Source: a virus. From it: a DNA stretch of 64,000 nucleotides. Below the pieces are notes generated by a model. The model did no database searches and had not been told where the DNA came from. It was given only the letters and a program-made list of their open reading frames with translations. Of the stretch, positions 17,356 to 29,446 are shown piece by piece. Made by a program: the position numbers and the translations under genes. The stretch lies in the IMG/VR virus record IMGVR_UViG_3300008262_000016, one strand, 5' to 3'. The first letter of the stretch is position 1. Each line of letters starts with the position of its first letter.

Positions 17356-18258
17356 TTACTGAGCATCAACGGATTTAACAATTTCATTAAAATCAAACAG
17401 TTCGGTTCCCTCTTCATAAGGATACTCAACTTCATTACCATCAAAGTCAAAATCAAAAAGATAACTCCCCGGTAATTTAAAATCATATGGAACTGTTGTG
17501 GAGATATTATCATGCAGATCATATCCAAATACTTTTGGACTAGTCCCATTCCAAAGAACTGTTGATTTTTTATTTAGTGCGGCAGCAGCATGTTGAACAC
17601 AAGAATCAATTAAGATTCTTTTTTTAGCATGAAGAACAATACTAAAGTATTCCATCAAAGATAAAGATTTTTCTGGTGTTGCAAAAATGTGCTCGACACC
17701 TTCTAGTTTTGGCGAATTAACTTTTGTAAGTTGAATAATATGATATTCAGATTTATAATAATCTACAAGTTTTTCTGCAAGATCAAATGGCATATCTCTT
17801 GTCCAAGAATATGGTTTCGAATCAGTGGTCATAACTCCACCGTTAGTATGAATAATCATAACTGGTTTTTTTCGTTTCCAAACTTCTCTGGATATATTTT
17901 GTTGAAGTTTATTAAATCTTATTTCTGGTCTTTCTCTAGAATATTTAATACCATACATATCACACCAATTCTCAATTAAACGTTTACGTTTATGAATATG
18001 ATTAGTTGTATAATATGGTTCATTATGAAATAGAATAGAATCTTTATCTTGAATATATTCTTGATAAAAATACTGCGTTGTTCCTATGGTATAAACTCTA
18101 TGAACATAAGGAAGATTTATAAAAATATCTGCATATGCACAGACTATAACTAATTTACGATCTGGGTGATTTGCTTTAATTGCTTTTGCTACTGCGGTGG
18201 CCGCAATATGTTTTCCAATACCACCCTGCACATGAAAAATACTATATTTTGATTTCAT
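17356..18258 (-). CDS. GT-B glycosyltransferase (GT9-like)
   Basis: GGIGKHI, IDSCVQHAAAAL...TVLW. Confidence 0.7.
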   Translation of the reverse strand: MKSKYSIFHVQGGIGKHIAATAVAKAIKANHPDRKLVIVCAYADIFINLPYVHRVYTIGTTQYFYQEYIQDKDSILFHNEPYYTTNHIHKRKRLIENWCDMYGIKYSRERPEIRFNKLQQNISREVWKRKKPVMIIHTNGGVMTTDSKPYSWTRDMPFDLAEKLVDYYKSEYHIIQLTKVNSPKLEGVEHIFATPEKSLSLMEYFSIVLHAKKRILIDSCVQHAAAALNKKSTVLWNGTSPKVFGYDLHDNISTTVPYDFKLPGSYLFDFDFDGNEVEYPYEEGTELFDFNEIVKSVDAQ

Positions 18259-18318
18259 AAATGAATGATTAACTTGAATGGGTCTACTTATAAAATATTA
18301 TTATCAATTTATGGTGCA

Positions 18319-19617
18319 TTATATTATATCATCTCTTTTTAAAACTGTCAATCCATTATTGTTTGTTTTATACTTATAAAATTTCCAGTGTGGATTCTTC
18401 ATTACAAACTCAATAACCGCAGATAACAATCCTTTATCATCTTTTCCATCTTCTCCTTTAAGACCAAATGTATATGTGTCATGAAATACAATATATTTTT
18501 GTGCCTTGTTTCCGTGAAGATTTAATTCCCGTTTAAGTTGATCATATATGTGAAAAGTATCAATAAACAATAAATCAGTCTCTTCAATTTCTATATCGAG
18601 AACATCTGCTTGAATATATTCCGCAGATTTTCCTTGTCGTTTAGCAAGATCAAAAAGTTTTTGAACATTTGAATCTAATATGATATCAAAGGAAAAAAGT
18701 TTAGCATTAGTGTTTAAAAATGCTCTAGTACTAACTCCTGTTCTAACTCCCATTTCCACTACGGTCTTACATTCTTTTGCTAATTCATAAAGTTCATGAA
18801 CATTTTCGTTGATATCACTTGGTATTTTCCTTGCTCTTTGATACTCTAAATCAAATACACCTGATTTTATATTTTTATCTTTACGTTGATGTTCATAAAG
18901 TTTTATCATATTGTGTGGGATTTCCCAATTTTTTCCATTGATAAAATGATCATATGATATCAAGTTTTTTGAATCTAATTCAATTCTTTTTGAAATATCA
19001 CTGTCGGGGTCTTCAAACTTTGTAAGTGTTTCCGAAATAGTTCCTTTAATTTTATTTGAATTAATCGCGTAAATGTTTTTTGCATATTGTACAAAAAAAT
19101 CATCACCATACCAAACTTGATATAGAGATGGTATAACTTTATATGATTCTCTTAACATAAACATACAGATTCCGAATGCCCACGACTGACCTCCAATAGG
19201 TTTTGTGGGATCATAATTTAATTTTACAATCTCTTCTTTTGTATCAATATAATCATCAATTTTATAATTATTTTGCCTTCCCTGTAAATTTACACCAATC
19301 AAATCTCCATTTGAAAGATTAAAATCAATAATCATATCAAATATTTCTGATGACACTTTAATATCATCATTTAATATTCCAATAATTTTAGATTTTGATC
19401 GAAAATATCCCTCATTCCAAGCAGGATTTACAAAAATATTTTTACCATATGAAATAATTTCAATTTTTGAGTGATTTAAAATCTCATAAGATGGTCTTTT
19501 TAATTTATTATTGTCAACGATAATAATTTTGTTAATTGAGTTATGACTTACATAAGTTTGCAAAGATTCTTCAAATTTATTTGCAAACCACATTGTTGGA
19601 ATAATGAGATCGATCAT
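18319..19617 (-). CDS. GT2-like glycosyltransferase fused to a class I methyltransferase
   Basis: IIPTMW, NPAWN, LNDD, WYGDD; VEMGVRTGVST, LFIDTFH, FHDT. Confidence 0.8.
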   Translation of the reverse strand: MIDLIIPTMWFANKFEESLQTYVSHNSINKIIIVDNNKLKRPSYEILNHSKIEIISYGKNIFVNPAWNEGYFRSKSKIIGILNDDIKVSSEIFDMIIDFNLSNGDLIGVNLQGRQNNYKIDDYIDTKEEIVKLNYDPTKPIGGQSWAFGICMFMLRESYKVIPSLYQVWYGDDFFVQYAKNIYAINSNKIKGTISETLTKFEDPDSDISKRIELDSKNLISYDHFINGKNWEIPHNMIKLYEHQRKDKNIKSGVFDLEYQRARKIPSDINENVHELYELAKECKTVVEMGVRTGVSTRAFLNTNAKLFSFDIILDSNVQKLFDLAKRQGKSAEYIQADVLDIEIEETDLLFIDTFHIYDQLKRELNLHGNKAQKYIVFHDTYTFGLKGEDGKDDKGLLSAVIEFVMKNPHWKFYKYKTNNNGLTVLKRDDII

Positions 19618-20255
19618 AAATTATAACTCTTTTCAAAATTTCCTTTATATATTTTATTTCCAATATGTGATACTGTGTGTTTTGGATTTAACCAAATATC
19701 ATATCCCAATTCCTTTATTTTTCTAGTTAATGCGACATCCTCTCCGATAAAACTTCCATTTTCAAAGGTATATTCACAAATATTTTTTAAAGGACTGTTA
19801 CGAAATAGTAATTCTGTGTTTGTATTCCACAAATCAATAATAACCTTACGAGTCAATTTAAGAAATCCTGTCCCACATTTTTCAATTTTAATATATCCAT
19901 CGGTATCTTTTTGAATGTCATTATTTAACCATACATTATATTTAATTTTTTTATCTTCCTTATTCACAACAGGTATTGTTATAACATCCTTTTCAGATTG
20001 AATAATTTCAATTAATGCTTTTTCATCCCAATATTCATCATCATCAATAAACACCATTACATCATAATTATCAGTATAAGATAATTTAAATAACTCATTT
20101 CTAGCCATTGGAAGAATACTTTCATTAGCTAAAAAAACACATCTAATATCTAAGTCATTTTTGATTCCTAATTTAATAGATTCACATAAACTGTGAACAA
20201 AATAAGCATCAACTTTTTGATCAAGGCATGGTGTAGCAATTAAAACTTTTTTCAT
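19614..20255 (-). CDS. GT-A glycosyltransferase-like protein
   Basis: LIATP, ARNEL, FIDDD, GTGFL, GEDV, HIG. Confidence 0.75.
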   Translation of the reverse strand: MKKVLIATPCLDQKVDAYFVHSLCESIKLGIKNDLDIRCVFLANESILPMARNELFKLSYTDNYDVMVFIDDDEYWDEKALIEIIQSEKDVITIPVVNKEDKKIKYNVWLNNDIQKDTDGYIKIEKCGTGFLKLTRKVIIDLWNTNTELLFRNSPLKNICEYTFENGSFIGEDVALTRKIKELGYDIWLNPKHTVSHIGNKIYKGNFEKSYNL

Positions 20256-20295
20256 ATATTCTCACGTATCATACAGTATGTATGAGACTATTATA

Positions 20296-23200
20296 TCACG
20301 AATTTTCCAATATATCCAATCTTGATTTTAATACATCAACTTCCTCTGATAATTCCTTCACTGCATTTACAAGAACTGGAATCATATGATCTGATGTCAG
20401 TTTGAGATGCTCTGGATCATTTGAGTCTACAATAACAGGATTTTCTCCTTCTGCTTCAAGGACATTCTGGGCACTGAATCCATACCTACGCTTTCCTTCT
20501 ATGTCCTTTAATTCATCAGTATCACGGTCCTTAAAGGCATATTCAATTGGAGTAATATTATGAAGGAAACCTCTACCATGAGGAACAGGTCCAAAAATGC
20601 ACTTGTCACGGCAATCAGAAACTGCTGTCCAAGCAACCTGGATAAGAGCACATGCATGACTGTTGTTACCCATAATGATGTAATTGGATTCTGTTGTAAC
20701 ATTACAAAGTCCTGTAGAACCCGTTCCAGCATTTTGTCCGAAGAAAAGATTATTAGTTCCAGTGGTGTTGCAGTAACCAGCATTACGTCCAATAAAGGTG
20801 TTGTTGCATCCACTGGTGTTGCAGATACCAGTATAAGCTCCAATGAAGATGTTAAAGGTTCCACTGGTGTTGCGGAATCCAGCACATTGTCCAATGAAGT
20901 TGTTAAAGGCTCCAGTGGTGTTGCATTGACCGGCACTAAATCCAATAAAGTTGTTATTGGATCCAGTGGTGTTGCTGAAACCAGCACATCGTCCAGCAAA
21001 GAAGTTAAAGGATCCACCGGTGTTGCAGTAACCAGCACTAAATCCAATAAAGTTGTTATTGGATCCAGTGGTGTTGCCGAAACCAGCATAAGCTCCAATG
21101 AAGGTGTTATTGGATCCAGTGGTGTTGTTGGATCCAGCAAGTCGTCCAATGAAGTTGTTGCAGGTTCCAATGGTGTTGGATTGACCAGCATTAGATCCAA
21201 AGAAGTTGTTGTTGGCTCCACTGGTGTTGCATCGACCAGCAAATCGTCCAAAGAAGTTGTTGTAGGATCCACTGGTGTTGCTGAAACCAGCACATTGTCC
21301 AGCAAAGAAGTTATGAGTTCCACTGGTGTTGCATCGACCAGCATTAGATCCAAAGAAGTTGTTGTTGGCTCCACCGATGTTGGATTGACCAGTATAAGCT
21401 CCAATGAAGTTGTTATTGGATCCAGTGGTGTTGCTGAAACCAGCACATCGTCCAATGAAGTTGTTGCAGGTTCCAGTGGTGTTGCTATAACCAGCACTAA
21501 ATCCAATGAAGTTGTTGTTAGTTCCAGTGCTGTTGTATCGACCAGCATAATTTCCAATGAAGTTGTTGTAGTTTCCAATGGTGTTGCGGAATCCAGCAAA
21601 TCGTCCAAAGAAGTTGTTGTTAGTTCCAGTGCTGTTGCATCGACCAGCACATTGTCCAATGAAGTTGTTGAAGGATCCAGTGGTGTTACAGGCACCAGCA
21701 CCTTGTCCAATAAAGTTGTTATTGGATCCAGTGGTGTTACAGGCACCAGCACATTGTCCAGCAAAGAAGTTAAAGGATCCAGTGGTGTTACAGGCACCAG
21801 CACCTTGTCCAATAAAGTTGTTATTGGATCCAGTGGTGTTACAGGCACCAGCACATTGTCCAGCAAAGAAGTTAAAGGATCCACTGGTGTTGGATTGACC
21901 AGCACAATAACCAGCAAAGAAATTATTGAGTCCAGTGCCACCAGTTCCTGCTTCTGAACTGTAAATGGTCCCACAAGAACCACTTAAAATGAATTCTCCA
22001 CCGCCACCGACACCCCCTCCTGCAGGTCCTTGAGCACCTTGAGCACCAGTAGCACCAGCGGTTCCTTGAGCACCTTGAGCACCAGATCCAGTGGCACCTT
22101 GAGCACCTGTAGATCCTTGAGCACCTGTAGATCCTTGAGCACCTTGAGTACCTGTAGATCCTTGAGCACCTGTAGATCCTTGAGCACCTTGAGCACCTTG
22201 AGCACCTTGAGCACCAGATCCACTGCCACCCTCTCCTGCAGGTCCTTGAGCACCTTGAGCACCAGTAGCACCTGTAGATCCTTGAGCACCAGTAGCACCT
22301 GTAGATCCTTGAGCACCAGATCCAGTGGCACCTTGAGCACCTGTAGATCCTTGAGCACCTGTAGATCCTTGAGCACCTTGAGCACCTGTAGATCCTTGTG
22401 CTCCTACTAAACCTTGAGCACCAGTAGCACCTTGAGCACCTTGAGCACCAGATCCACTGCCACCCTCTCCTGCAGGTCCTTGAGCACCTTGAGCACCTTC
22501 AGCACCAGCGGTTCCTTGAGCACCTTGAGCACCAGATCCAGTGGCACCTTGAGCACCTGTAGATCCTTGAGCACCTTGAGTACCTGTAGATCCTTGAGCA
22601 CCTATAGATCCTTGAGCACCTGTAGATCCCTGAGCACCTTGAGCACCAGATCCAGTGGCACCTTGAGCACCTGTAGATCCTTGAGCACCTTGAGCACCTT
22701 CAGCACCAGCGGTTCCTTGAGCACCTTGAGCACCAGATCCAGTGGCACCTTGAGCACCTATAGATCCTTGAGCACCTGTAGATCCCTGAGCACCTTGAGC
22801 ACCAGATCCAGTGGCACCTTGAGCACCTTGAGCACCTTCAGCACCAGCGGTTCCTTGAGCACCTTGAGCACCTGTAGATCCTTGAGCACCTACATCACCT
22901 TTATCACCAGTCCTAGCAAAGGTGATGATAACGTCTTCACTATCACTGAATGAAGAAGCACTACCAGATACATATCCACAACTGACTGTGAAGTATCCAG
23001 TGTTCTCAGTCACACTAGAGATAGTGAACAGAGCAAAGTCGTCAGCATTCAGTCTATTAGAAATTCTAAAGTGACCCTTAATAGTAGAAGTAGAGTCATC
23101 AATAGTTCTTAAGAATGACTGAATATCTGTAGAGTTATCGTCAACATCATCAATGTATAGAACCGTAGCAGATGAAACTGTAGCGTTATTGAGCTTTAGT

Positions 23201-26200
23201 ATTCCAGTTCCTGGGTCACTAGCAGTAATGTTTGTAGAGAAAGTATAGTCAAATGTAGCGCCACCGAAGTTACCATCAGCTCCTTGTGCTCCAACAGCAC
23301 CCTGTGCACCTTGAGCACCAGCAGTTCCTTGAGCACCAGCGGTTCCTTGAGCACCTTCAGCACCAGTAGCACCTGTGGAACCTTGAGCACCTTCAGCACC
23401 AGTAGCACCTGTGGAACCTTGAGCACCAGCAGTTCCTTGAGCACCAGCGGTTCCTTGAGCACCTTCAGCACCAGTAGCACCTGTGGAACCTTGAGCACCA
23501 GCAGTTCCTTGAGCACCAGCGGTTCCTTGAGCACCTTCAGCACCTGTAGATCCTTGAGCACCTTCAGCACCTGTAGATCCTTGAGCACCAGCAGTTCCTT
23601 GAGCACCAGCGGTTCCTTGAGCACCTTCAGCACCCTGAGCACCTTCAGCACCTTGAGCACCTGTGGAACCTTGAGCACCAGCGGTTCCTTGAGCACCTTC
23701 AGCACCCTGAGCACCTTCAGCACCTTCAGCACCTTGAGCACCAGTAGAACCTTGAGCACCAGTGACACCAGTAGAACCTTGAGCACCGGTGGCACCTATT
23801 GAACCTTGTGCTCCATCAGCACCTTGAGCACCTGTGGCACCTGTGGAACCTTGAGCACCAGTGGCACCTGTGGAACCTTGAGCACCGGTGACACCAGTAG
23901 AACCTTGAGATCCATCAGCACCTTGAGCACCAGCAGTTCCTTGTGCTCCAGTGGAACCTGTAGATCCTTGTGCTCCAGTGGAACCTGTAGATCCTTGTGC
24001 TCCAGTGGAACCGGTAGAACCTTGTGCACCTGTATCTCCTTTATCACCAGTTCTAGCAAATGTGATAATTACATCAAGGTTATTGGTAAATGATGTCGTA
24101 ATACCAGAAACATAAGAAATAGGAACTGCAAAGTAATTTGTATATTCAGTATGAAGACCTACAATTGAAAATAATCCAAAATATGCAGTATTTCCTTTTT
24201 GTGCAATTGTGAAATGTCCCTTAATATTAGAAGTTGAATCATCAATTGTTTGTAAATAACTTGTAATATCTACATTATTATCATCATCATTATGAATATA
24301 AAGATAACTTGCTGTTGTTATTCCAACTTGATTTAATCTTAATTTACCTTGTGTTGGATCGCTATCTACTGTTGAACTATCAAATGTGTAATCAAAAGCA
24401 GCACCACCAAAGTTTCCATCAGCACCTTGAGCACCTGTAGAACCTGTAGATCCTTGTGCTCCTGCCGTACCTTGTGCACCAGCAGTTCCTTGAGATCCTT
24501 GTGCTCCTGCTGTACCTTGAGCACCTGTAGAGCCTGTAGATCCTTGTGCTCCATCAGCACCTTGAGCACCTGTGGAACCTGTGGAACCTTGAGCACCTAT
24601 AGAACCAGTAGAACCTTGGGCACCAGCATTACCTTGTGCTCCAGTGACACCTGTGGAACCTTGTGCTCCAGTGGCACCTGTGGAACCTTGTGCTCCATCA
24701 GCACCTTGAGCACCTGTGGAACCTGTGGAACCTTGAGCACCTATAGAACCTTGTGCACCGGTAGCACCTGTGGAACCTTGGGCACCAGCATTACCTTGTG
24801 CTCCAGTGACACCTGTGGAACCTTGAGCACCAGTAGAACCTTGAGCACCAGTGACACCAGTAGAACCTTGAGCACCGGTGGCACCTATTGAACCTTGTGC
24901 TCCATCAGCACCTTGAGCACCAGATCCAGTGGCGCCTTGAGCACCTTGAGCACCTTCAGCACCAGCGGTTCCTTGAGGACCTTGAGCACCAGCGGTTCCT
25001 TGAGCACCAGCGGTTCCTTGAGCACCAGCGGTTCCTTGAGCACCTTGATCCCCTACAGCACCTTGAGCACCAGCGGTTCCTTGAGCACCTTCAGCACCAG
25101 CGGTTCCTTGAGCACCTTGAGCACCTTCAGCACCAGCGGTTCCTTGAGCACCTTGAGCACCTTCAGCACCAGCGGTTCCTTGAGGACCTTGAGCACCAGT
25201 AGCACCTGTGGAACCTTGAGCACCAGCGGTTCCTTGTGCTCCAGTATCACCCTTATCACCAGTTCTAGCAAAAGTAATAATAACGTCTTCACCATTGGAG
25301 AATGATGTAGCACTTCCTGAAACGTATGAAGAACTTACATCAAAATATCCAGTGTTCTCTGTTACTGAAGAAATAGTAAACAGAGCAAAGTCTGAGGCAT
25401 CAAGTCGGTTTGAAATTCTAAAGTGACCCTTAATAGTAGAGGTAGAGTCATCAATAGTTCTCAAGAACGACTGAATATCAGTTCCATTGTCGTCAGTATA
25501 ATCAATATAAAGGTTTAGTGCTCCAGAGAAAGGAGACTCACTAAACTTCAGAGTTCCTGTTCCTGGGTCGCTATCGGTAGTATTTGTAGAAAATGTATAG
25601 TCGAAGGTAGCACCACCAAAGTTTCCATCAGCACCCTGAACTCCTTGAGCACCAGTAGCACCTGTGGAACCTTGAGCACCTTCAGCACCTTGAGCACCAG
25701 CGGTTCCTTGAGCACCTTGAGCACCTTCAGCACCTTGAGCACCAGCGGTTCCTTGAGCACCTTGAGCACCTGTAGATCCTTGAGCACCTTGATCCCCTAC
25801 AGCACCTTGAGCACCTTCAGCACCTGTAGATCCTTGAGCACCTTGAGCACCTGTAGATCCTTGAGCACCTTGAGCACCTGTAGATCCTTGAGCACCTTGA
25901 GCACCTGTAGATCCTTGAGCACCTTGAGCACCTTCAGCACCTGTAGTTCCTTGAGCACCAGCGGTTCCTTGAGCACCTTGAGCACCTTGATCCCCTACAG
26001 CACCTTGAGCACCTTCAGCACCTGTAGATCCTTGAGCACCAGCGGTTCCTTGAGCACCAGCGGTTCCTTGAGCACCAGCGGTTCCTTGAGCACCAGCGGT
26101 TCCTTGAGCACCTTCAGCACCTGTAGATCCTTGAGCACCTTGAGCACCTGTAGATCCTTGAGCACCTTGAGCACCTTGATCCCCTACAGCACCTTGAGCA

Positions 26201-27567
26201 CCTTCAGCACCTGTAGTTCCTTGAGCACCTTCAGCACCTTGTAAAGCCGCAGTTTCAATTGATTCCCATTTAATTCCAGACCCCGTTGAAATTAAAACAG
26301 AAGAAGCTGCACCAACATTACCAAAATAATCTTTTAAAGTTGAATTAAATTTAACACTATCAACAAATGTAGAGACACCTGTTATATTAATCCCGCCATT
26401 AGATACACTAATCCCACTATCCGAAGTAATAATACCGGATGAATTAATATTTCTAACAGAAATTAAATCTCTTTCAGTAAATTGGACTGCTCCAGCAGCA
26501 AGTCTAACACCATTAGGAACTTGCGTAGAACCAATACCAACGGCATAGTTTGATAACCAAGCATCAGTTCCAAGTCCAGAAAATTCACCCGCCTTGAACC
26601 ACATAATCTTTTTATATGTGGTAGGCGTAGTTTCAATACCAGCAATAAAAAGATTAACTAGTGGAGAACCTTCAGTTGATGCAACAGCAATACCACCATG
26701 ATTTGCAGTATTATCATTAGAAGCATCATTACCAAATGCATCAGTTCTAAAACCAAGAACAATATCTGGATCATAAATTTTTAATTCACTTGTAAGTAAT
26801 GTCGCTGTTGTTCCACCAATAGTAATGTTTCCGTTAACATTTAAATTACGATTGACTTGAAGATCTCTTGTAACTTCTATATCCTGTGGTACTGTGAATT
26901 GATTTGGAATACTTAATGTTGGTGTCGAACCTTCACCAGTGCCACCAGTTATGGTAATTTGATTTGCAGTTCCTGTAATATCTCTTACATAATCTCCAGT
27001 CGTATCGGTTCCCAATCCAACTGAATTTGGTTGAATAGTTGCCGCTAATGAAACATTTCCAGTTCCATCAAAACTGATCGCTGATGCAACAACGTCTCCT
27101 GTAATTTCAAATGTTCTTGAGTTCTGAAGTGCTGTTGCAATACCCGCAGTAGTTGCATAAGTTGCTATACCTGCTGATGTGGAATATGTAGAAATACCCG
27201 ATACATCAGCATAATCTGCAGTTGCAGCATTGCCACTTATATCAATATCATAAGATCCAGATAATCTAGAGGCATTAATAGTTCCAGTAGTAATATTTGC
27301 AGCATCAGAAAGATTTGTTGCTGTTGTTGCAGTTCCAGTTAAATTACCTACAAAACCACCTGCTGAAGTGGTTACTCCTGAAACATTAACTTGCTGAAAT
27401 TCAGCATTTCTATTTGTTCCTATTCCTAGCGATACAACACTACTACTAGATGTCCATTCTACAGAAGATCCTGTAGAAACTAAAACGGATCCAGCTACTC
27501 CAACCTGATTATTATAATCGTAAACCTTACCACGAAGTCTTTCTGGTTTCTTACCGAAATATGCCAT
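20296..27567 (-). CDS. giant collagen-like tail fibre (2423 aa) with C-terminal S74 intramolecular chaperone
   Basis: Four G-X-Y tracts separated by three homologous ~120-aa domains, 14-aa NNFIGxxAG repeats, SDCRDK cleavage motif, [13 protein letters not shown]. Confidence 0.9.
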   Translation of the reverse strand: MAYFGKKPERLRGKVYDYNNQVGVAGSVLVSTGSSVEWTSSSSVVSLGIGTNRNAEFQQVNVSGVTTSAGGFVGNLTGTATTATNLSDAANITTGTINASRLSGSYDIDISGNAATADYADVSGISTYSTSAGIATYATTAGIATALQNSRTFEITGDVVASAISFDGTGNVSLAATIQPNSVGLGTDTTGDYVRDITGTANQITITGGTGEGSTPTLSIPNQFTVPQDIEVTRDLQVNRNLNVNGNITIGGTTATLLTSELKIYDPDIVLGFRTDAFGNDASNDNTANHGGIAVASTEGSPLVNLFIAGIETTPTTYKKIMWFKAGEFSGLGTDAWLSNYAVGIGSTQVPNGVRLAAGAVQFTERDLISVRNINSSGIITSDSGISVSNGGINITGVSTFVDSVKFNSTLKDYFGNVGAASSVLISTGSGIKWESIETAALQGAEGAQGTTGAEGAQGAVGDQGAQGAQGSTGAQGAQGSTGAEGAQGTAGAQGTAGAQGTAGAQGTAGAQGSTGAEGAQGAVGDQGAQGAQGTAGAQGTTGAEGAQGAQGSTGAQGAQGSTGAQGAQGSTGAQGAQGSTGAEGAQGAVGDQGAQGSTGAQGAQGTAGAQGAEGAQGAQGTAGAQGAEGAQGSTGATGAQGVQGADGNFGGATFDYTFSTNTTDSDPGTGTLKFSESPFSGALNLYIDYTDDNGTDIQSFLRTIDDSTSTIKGHFRISNRLDASDFALFTISSVTENTGYFDVSSSYVSGSATSFSNGEDVIITFARTGDKGDTGAQGTAGAQGSTGATGAQGPQGTAGAEGAQGAQGTAGAEGAQGAQGTAGAEGAQGTAGAQGAVGDQGAQGTAGAQGTAGAQGTAGAQGPQGTAGAEGAQGAQGATGSGAQGADGAQGSIGATGAQGSTGVTGAQGSTGAQGSTGVTGAQGNAGAQGSTGATGAQGSIGAQGSTGSTGAQGADGAQGSTGATGAQGSTGVTGAQGNAGAQGSTGSIGAQGSTGSTGAQGADGAQGSTGSTGAQGTAGAQGSQGTAGAQGTAGAQGSTGSTGAQGADGNFGGAAFDYTFDSSTVDSDPTQGKLRLNQVGITTASYLYIHNDDDNNVDITSYLQTIDDSTSNIKGHFTIAQKGNTAYFGLFSIVGLHTEYTNYFAVPISYVSGITTSFTNNLDVIITFARTGDKGDTGAQGSTGSTGAQGSTGSTGAQGSTGSTGAQGTAGAQGADGSQGSTGVTGAQGSTGATGAQGSTGATGAQGADGAQGSIGATGAQGSTGVTGAQGSTGAQGAEGAEGAQGAEGAQGTAGAQGSTGAQGAEGAQGAEGAQGTAGAQGTAGAQGSTGAEGAQGSTGAEGAQGTAGAQGTAGAQGSTGATGAEGAQGTAGAQGTAGAQGSTGATGAEGAQGSTGATGAEGAQGTAGAQGTAGAQGAQGAVGAQGADGNFGGATFDYTFSTNITASDPGTGILKLNNATVSSATVLYIDDVDDNSTDIQSFLRTIDDSTSTIKGHFRISNRLNADDFALFTISSVTENTGYFTVSCGYVSGSASSFSDSEDVIITFARTGDKGDVGAQGSTGAQGAQGTAGAEGAQGAQGATGSGAQGAQGSTGAQGSIGAQGATGSGAQGAQGTAGAEGAQGAQGSTGAQGATGSGAQGAQGSTGAQGSIGAQGSTGTQGAQGSTGAQGATGSGAQGAQGTAGAEGAQGAQGPAGEGGSGSGAQGAQGATGAQGLVGAQGSTGAQGAQGSTGAQGSTGAQGATGSGAQGSTGATGAQGSTGATGAQGAQGPAGEGGSGSGAQGAQGAQGAQGSTGAQGSTGTQGAQGSTGAQGSTGAQGATGSGAQGAQGTAGATGAQGAQGPAGGGVGGGGEFILSGSCGTIYSSEAGTGGTGLNNFFAGYCAGQSNTSGSFNFFAGQCAGACNTTGSNNNFIGQGAGACNTTGSFNFFAGQCAGACNTTGSNNNFIGQGAGACNTTGSFNNFIGQCAGRCNSTGTNNNFFGRFAGFRNTIGNYNNFIGNYAGRYNSTGTNNNFIGFSAGYSNTTGTCNNFIGRCAGFSNTTGSNNNFIGAYTGQSNIGGANNNFFGSNAGRCNTSGTHNFFAGQCAGFSNTSGSYNNFFGRFAGRCNTSGANNNFFGSNAGQSNTIGTCNNFIGRLAGSNNTTGSNNTFIGAYAGFGNTTGSNNNFIGFSAGYCNTGGSFNFFAGRCAGFSNTTGSNNNFIGFSAGQCNTTGAFNNFIGQCAGFRNTSGTFNIFIGAYTGICNTSGCNNTFIGRNAGYCNTTGTNNLFFGQNAGTGSTGLCNVTTESNYIIMGNNSHACALIQVAWTAVSDCRDKCIFGPVPHGRGFLHNITPIEYAFKDRDTDELKDIEGKRRYGFSAQNVLEAEGENPVIVDSNDPEHLKLTSDHMIPVLVNAVKELSEEVDVLKSRLDILENS
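20740..21930 (-). repeat. 42-bp (14-aa) tandem repeats NNF(I/F)GxxAGxCNT(T/S)G
   Basis: Visible periodicity in both protein and DNA. Confidence 0.85.
22020..26245 (-). repeat. 9-bp-based collagen repeats (mainly GGTGCTCAA)
   Basis: ttgagcacc repeated throughout, interrupted by three unique modules. Confidence 0.95.
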
Positions 27568-27578
27568 CTATCTTACCC

Positions 27579-27908
27579 CTAAGTTTGTTCTAGAATACTC
27601 AACATTACATCAATACTGGAAGATATATTGGAAAATACCTGCAATTTATCACCGGTCTCTAAAATGATTTTATTGCCACCATTAAACTCATAAAGAGATC
27701 CATCTGAAAGTTCTAAACTTTTAGCAAGATAAACTGTATCAGAAGCACCTGCCTTGTCTACAAGAACATTAGCATTTATAGGATATTCTACTGTGTTTAC
27801 CAAACACAGTCCCACAATTACGGATGTAGTCGCGCCGGGAACAGTGTAAATATCACTTGCAGCAGTTCCTACATTTGCTTTAGTATAACTTTTAAATAAA
27901 TTTGCCAT
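27579..27908 (-). CDS. small virion/fibre-associated beta protein
   Basis: MANLFKSY...YTVP..TTSVIVGL...KIILETGDKL...SILEQT. Confidence 0.65.
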   Translation of the reverse strand: MANLFKSYTKANVGTAASDIYTVPGATTSVIVGLCLVNTVEYPINANVLVDKAGASDTVYLAKSLELSDGSLYEFNGGNKIILETGDKLQVFSNISSSIDVMLSILEQT

Positions 27909-27913
27909 TTTTA

Positions 27914-28615
27914 TTATCCTAGTGCGATTGCAAGTGCAAGTGCATCATTACTTGCTGTGGTAAGAACACTAATTCCATCAATTTTAAGATCTGTCGAACT
28001 ATTTATATCTCCACCAACATCTAATTTATATGTAGGTACAGTGGAATTTATTCCAACTTCACCACCAATAGATGTGGTAATAACTGTCCCAGCTGCTCCA
28101 ACATTTAAAGTCCCTTCAATAGTACCAATACCACTATAGGAAACATTAGTACCAGATAAGTAATCAATAGTACCAGTTGTTACATCTAAAGTGCTTATGG
28201 TTACAATACCAGAAACACTTAACTGGTTGAGAGTACCAACAGATGTAAGTGAAGAATTAACTATACCAGAACCAAGTGTATTTGATGAAAGAACATCTGT
28301 TCCATTGATTTTAATAGTGCTAGTATTAATTCCTATTCCACTGACTCCACCAATTTTAAGATCCGAAGTGTTTTTATCGAATGTGAAGTTAGAAGATGCT
28401 CCAAGAGTTAAATTATCATTGAAAATAACTTCAGTATTAGATCCAGCAGATGCAGTACCGTACCGATAATCAAGATAATTCCATGATGTGGTTCCTAAAC
28501 CAACTTTAATTCTTCCAGTATCTAATTCTAAACCCAACTCACCTTCAGCAAGCACTGGATTGGCATTTGTCCAGTCTGCAGAACTTCCTCTTCTAATTTG
28601 AATTCTAGTTGCCAT
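27914..28615 (-). CDS. tail protein with Mtd/hyaluronidase-type N-terminal domain
   Basis: IQIRRGSSADWTNANPVLAEGELGLELDTGRIKVG; C-terminal ALAIALG. Confidence 0.75.
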   Translation of the reverse strand: MATRIQIRRGSSADWTNANPVLAEGELGLELDTGRIKVGLGTTSWNYLDYRYGTASAGSNTEVIFNDNLTLGASSNFTFDKNTSDLKIGGVSGIGINTSTIKINGTDVLSSNTLGSGIVNSSLTSVGTLNQLSVSGIVTISTLDVTTGTIDYLSGTNVSYSGIGTIEGTLNVGAAGTVITTSIGGEVGINSTVPTYKLDVGGDINSSTDLKIDGISVLTTASNDALALAIALG

Positions 28616-28620
28616 TTTTT

Positions 28621-29394
28621 TTAAATGCCTCCTCCATTAACATTTTCTATTCCACCATAATTTGATGATGGCGATCCACCATCAAGATTTCCTTGCAAAT
28701 CTATAACAACTTCTGTTATATTACCTACAATAAACGCAGAAACACCAGTTCCAACAAAATTAAGAGTCGTACTTGCAGATCCAACTTGTATTCCTTCATC
28801 TTGAATTGCAATACCAGACCCAACAGCAACAATCCCAGTTAGTCCAGATCCATCACCGACAAATGCACTAGCTGTTACTACTCCACTTACATTTACATCA
28901 CCAGAAACAGTCAGTTTTGATGTTGGAATTTCAGTTCCTATACCAACATTAGAAAGAGTATGTATTCCTAATACGGTAGATGACCAATAGGATTCACTAC
29001 TTCCACCAGAACCAGCAGAAGGTGTAGTCCAACTAACTCCAATTCCAGTTGAAGTAAGGATTGATCCGGCAGCACCTACAACATTATTACTATCATATAA
29101 TGCACCACGAATTCTTATTCCCCCATCAATGTCCAATCTTTGTGTTGGATTTGTTAATCCAAGACCGACATTACCTGAGGTAAAATAAGTATTATATGCA
29201 GTGCTGCCAATCCCAACACTCCAAGGATTAACTGCTATTACGGTGACACCTAATCCTGTTGATGTCTGATCCTGCTCAAGATAAAGTTTACCGTCATATG
29301 TGTTAATAGCTAACTCACCAAGAGATAGCTGACTTTCAGTAGGAACTTTACCAGGCGTAGCACTACGCCTAATTATAATCTTAGGATCTGCCAT
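28621..29394 (-). CDS. tail fibre-like structural protein
   Basis: IRRSATPGKVP....LGELAINTYDGKLY; NVGIGT repeats. Confidence 0.75.
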   Translation of the reverse strand: MADPKIIIRRSATPGKVPTESQLSLGELAINTYDGKLYLEQDQTSTGLGVTVIAVNPWSVGIGSTAYNTYFTSGNVGLGLTNPTQRLDIDGGIRIRGALYDSNNVVGAAGSILTSTGIGVSWTTPSAGSGGSSESYWSSTVLGIHTLSNVGIGTEIPTSKLTVSGDVNVSGVVTASAFVGDGSGLTGIVAVGSGIAIQDEGIQVGSASTTLNFVGTGVSAFIVGNITEVVIDLQGNLDGGSPSSNYGGIENVNGGGI

Positions 29395-29446
29395 TACTAG
29401 ATTCGGTATTTACCTTAATAGCAGTATATACTGCTCCTTATATTTA

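Noticed and set aside
20508-26244. Long alternative-frame and antisense ORFs (LKVLK, STLST, TTPLD types)
   Set aside because: They are by-products of stop-free 9-bp and 42-bp repeats within the fibre gene, with no independent starts or domains.
14586-26245. Collagen repeats as a CRISPR array
   Set aside because: Units are in-frame 9-bp multiples without unique spacers, and there is no cas operon.
27914-28615. Mtd-like N-terminus as a sign of a diversity-generating retroelement
   Set aside because: No reverse transcriptase and no template/variable repeat pair differing at adenines seen in the window; this domain is common on tail proteins.
29395-29440. Short palindromes AGCAGTATATACTGCT and GGTAAATACC before the tail gene
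   Set aside because: Possibly a leader signal, but too short to support a claim without comparative data.
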